Positions 61,853 through 64,000 of a stretch of 64,000 nucleotides of DNA are shown here, one piece after another. Source of the DNA: Acidimicrobiales bacterium (GTDB lineage: Bacteria > Actinomycetota > Acidimicrobiia > Acidimicrobiales > Bin134). The stretch's first letter is position 1, and each line of letters opens with the position of its first letter. Below the pieces are notes generated by a model. It was not told the origin of the DNA. It searched no databases and saw only the letters and a program-made list of their open reading frames with translations. Made by a program: the position numbers and the translations under genes. The stretch is from positions 2,396,909-2,460,908 of the forward strand of contig OZ220474.1 in assembly GCA_965115985.1 (NCBI GenBank). The letters are read 5' to 3'.

Positions 61853-61867
61853 CTGCCCCCACCACCC

Positions 61868-62172
61868 GCGCCCCCCAAAAAGCCACCCTCACGCTCCAAC
61901 CCTCGTTCCCCCACCGATCCCGTCGGCAGCGCCGCGTTCGAGGCCCTGAAAGCCTGGAGGCGCGAACGCAGCCGAGCCGACGGCGTTCCCGCCTACATCG
62001 TGTTCACCAACGCCACCCTGATGGAGCTGGCCACCCACCGTCCCACCACCGACACCGAACTCCTGTCCATTCCCGGCATCGGCCCCACCAAACTCACCAC
62101 CTACGGCGAAGACATCAAAAAAATCCTCACCCAGTTCCACTAACCCCCGGCAAAAATGCCTTCCACGCTTAC
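61868..62172. repeat. Segmental duplication copy 2: orphan HRDC-coding fragment (track ORF 61844..62143)
   Basis: It encodes ...DPVGSAAFEALKAWRRERSRADGVPAYIVFTNATLMELATHRPTTDTELLSIPGIGPTKLTTYGEDIKKILTQFH, differing at about 3 residues from the helicase C-terminus. No helicase core precedes it. Confidence 0.85.
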
Positions 62173-64000
62173 CCAGAACCTCTGCCAAGGTACCAGCAGG
62201 TGATGGTGCCATCCGTGCGCACACCACACGAACGCACGCCCGAAAGATGTTGTTCATGGCCGCCAACGGACACTGCGGTGAACTGTCCATCCGGTGTCGC
62301 CTGTCCGTACTCGTCACTGTAGCCCCAGCAAGTTACCGTGCCATTGGTGCGCAGACCACATGAATTCGATCCGCTGGCGGATACTGCGGTGAACTGTCCA
62401 TCTGGAGCATCCGCCTGACCGTAGGCGTTGTCACCCCAGCAGGTGATGGTGCCGTCGGTGCGCAGACCACACGGGGACTCGCCGCCGGTGGATACTGCGG
62501 TGAATTGTCCGTCGGGAGCATCCGCCTGACCGTAGGCGTTGTCACCCCAGCAGGTGATGGTGCCGTCGGTGCGCAGACCACACGGGGACTCGCCGCCGGT
62601 GGATACTGCGGTGAATTGTCCGTCGGGTGCCTCTGTTTGACCAGATAAGTTCTTGCCCCAGCAGGTGATGGTGCTGTTGGTGCGCAGGCCGCATGAATGC
62701 CAGCGGCCAGTGGATACTGCGGTGAACTGTCCATCTGGAGCATCCGCCTGACCGTAGGCGTTGCCGCCCCAGCAGGTGATGGTGCCGTCGGTGCGCAGGC
62801 CGCACGAATGACCCCAGCCAACGGTTATTGCGGTGAATTGTCCGTCGGGTGCCTCTGCCTGCCCGCTCTCGTTGTTGCCCCAGCAGGTGATGGTGCCGTC
62901 GGTGCGCAGACCGCACAAATGATCGGGACTGGCGGTTATTGCGGTGAATTGTCCGTCGGGTGCCTCTGCCTGCCCGCTCTCGTTGCCGCCCCAGCAGGTG
63001 ATGGTGTCGTTGGTGCGCAGGCCGCATGAATGCCCGTTGCCGGTGGATACTGCGGTGAATTGTCCGTCGGGAGCATCCGCCTGACCGAGATAATCTCCTT
63101 GCCAGTCGTTGTTGTTGCCCCAGCAGGTGATGGTGCCGTTGGTGCGCAGCCCGCACGAATGGTTGCCGCCGGCGGATACTGCGGTGAATTGCCCGTCGGG
63201 TGCCTCTGTTTGACCAGATAAGTTCTTGCCCCAGCAGGTGATGGTGCCGTTGGTGCGCAGCCCGCACGAATGGTTGCCGCCGGCGGATACTGCGGTGAAT
63301 TGTCCATCTGGAGCATCCGCCTGCCCTTGGTAGTTGTTGCCCCAGCAGGTGATGGTGCTGTTGGTGCGCAGACCACACGGGGACTCGCCGCCGGCGGATA
63401 CTGCGGTGAATTGTCCGTCGGGAGCATCCACCTGGCCGCTCCCGTAGCCGCCCCAGCAGGTGATGGTGTCGTTGGTGCGCAGACCACATGAATGCCCGTT
63501 GCCGGCGGATACTGCGGTGAATTGTCCGTCGGGAGCATCCGTCTGCCCTTGGTAGTTGTTGCCCCAGCAGGTGATGGTGTCGTTGGTGCGCAGGCCGCAT
63601 GAATGCCCGTTGCCGGCGGATACTGCGGTGAATTGTCCATCTGGAGCATCCGCCTGCCAGCTGCTGCCCCAGCAGGTGATGGTGCCGTTGGTGCGCAGGC
63701 CGCACGAATGGCTACCGCCGGCGGATACTGCGGTGAATTGGTTTTGGTTGGGGGCCGGTGTGGGTTGGAGGGTGAGTGGTGAGCTTGTGAGCCACCGGCC
63801 TGTAGGAGCGGTGGTGGGGAAGTAGCGCTTGTCGGGCAGCAAACGGCTACCCCATGCGTTATCGGCCTCGCGAGGTTGAAGGGCGAACTCAACCCTGCCG
63901 CTGTTCAGTTTGCGAGCCATGATGCGTGCTGTGCTGGTTTTTAGGGTGAGTGGGGAGCTGGTGAGCCAGCGGCCGGTGGGTGCGGTGGTGGGGAAGTAGC
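62169..64000 (-). CDS. RCC1-like repeat surface protein, 5' partial (continues beyond window)
   Basis: About 14 blades (34-41 aa) are preceded by at least two N-terminal modules. The frame stays open through 63921-64000 (YFPTTAPTGRWLTSSPLTLKTSTARI before the track Met). Confidence 0.85.
   Translation of the reverse strand, partial: YFPTTAPTGRWLTSSPLTLKTSTARIMARKLNSGRVEFALQPREADNAWGSRLLPDKRYFPTTAPTGRWLTSSPLTLQPTPAPNQNQFTAVSAGGSHSCGLRTNGTITCWGSSWQADAPDGQFTAVSAGNGHSCGLRTNDTITCWGNNYQGQTDAPDGQFTAVSAGNGHSCGLRTNDTITCWGGYGSGQVDAPDGQFTAVSAGGESPCGLRTNSTITCWGNNYQGQADAPDGQFTAVSAGGNHSCGLRTNGTITCWGKNLSGQTEAPDGQFTAVSAGGNHSCGLRTNGTITCWGNNNDWQGDYLGQADAPDGQFTAVSTGNGHSCGLRTNDTITCWGGNESGQAEAPDGQFTAITASPDHLCGLRTDGTITCWGNNESGQAEAPDGQFTAITVGWGHSCGLRTDGTITCWGGNAYGQADAPDGQFTAVSTGRWHSCGLRTNSTITCWGKNLSGQTEAPDGQFTAVSTGGESPCGLRTDGTITCWGDNAYGQADAPDGQFTAVSTGGESPCGLRTDGTITCWGDNAYGQADAPDGQFTAVSASGSNSCGLRTNGTVTCWGYSDEYGQATPDGQFTAVSVGGHEQHLSGVRSCGVRTDGTITCWYLGRGSG

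Noticed and set aside
61844-62143. 99-aa ORF as a stand-alone HRDC-domain gene
   Set aside because: It is a near-identical copy of the last ~90 codons of the helicase at 52128..54941. The preceding codons are junction sequence abutting a broken dxs fragment, and no ribosome-binding site is evident. It is treated as a duplication scar, although expression cannot be excluded.
58693-64000. Diversity-generating retroelement or other targeted hypervariation acting on the RCC1 blade arrays
   Set aside because: No reverse transcriptase, template repeat or adenine-specific substitution pattern is visible in the window. Variation between blades looks like ordinary repeat divergence plus block duplication.

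Overview
High-G+C (about two-thirds by eye) actinobacterial-type chromosome segment. Lineage markers are a mycothiol/DinB-type enzyme, a mycoredoxin, an Rpf-like transglycosylase, an AdnAB/AddAB-type helicase-nuclease pair, DUF222-HNH genes and an LPXTG protein. 0-30 kb holds mostly minus-strand operons: a substrate-binding protein + HAMP histidine kinase + partner-switching module (STAS, receiver-PP2C, RsbW-like kinase) hit by an intact IS3 element; thiolase + hotdog-DUF35-hotdog; fpg; a nucleotidyltransferase; the helicase-nuclease pair; a Cas4-like nuclease; a second type IIA topoisomerase pair; GT2; SDR. 30-47 kb holds fadD-like, DUF222-HNH, an A+T-rich islet of small membrane proteins, AIM24, hemH, rpf-like, two GT-C-like membrane proteins, mycoredoxin, DinB/MDMPI, crotonase and an ABC-2 exporter. 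47-64 kb is a mosaic: IS3/IS30 debris, a second DUF222-HNH, NfuA-like, D-aminoacylase, a UvrD-HRDC helicase, three RCC1-repeat surface proteins (one A+T-rich with an HExxH domain), a dxs fragment and a duplicated HRDC segment. The main unexplained signal is about 28 locus-specific tandem duplications (33-74 bp units) placed on stop codons, start codons and overlapping operon junctions. In at least seven of them the period places the duplicated start in frame with the duplicated stop, giving mini-ORFs chained by ATGA/GTGA overlaps. This resembles mycobacterial MIRUs but has no sequence shared between loci. A second notable signal is a twin 28-nt element, TTGACAC-G16-TAG, in inverted orientation 14 kb apart. 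No rRNA, tRNA or CRISPR was found.
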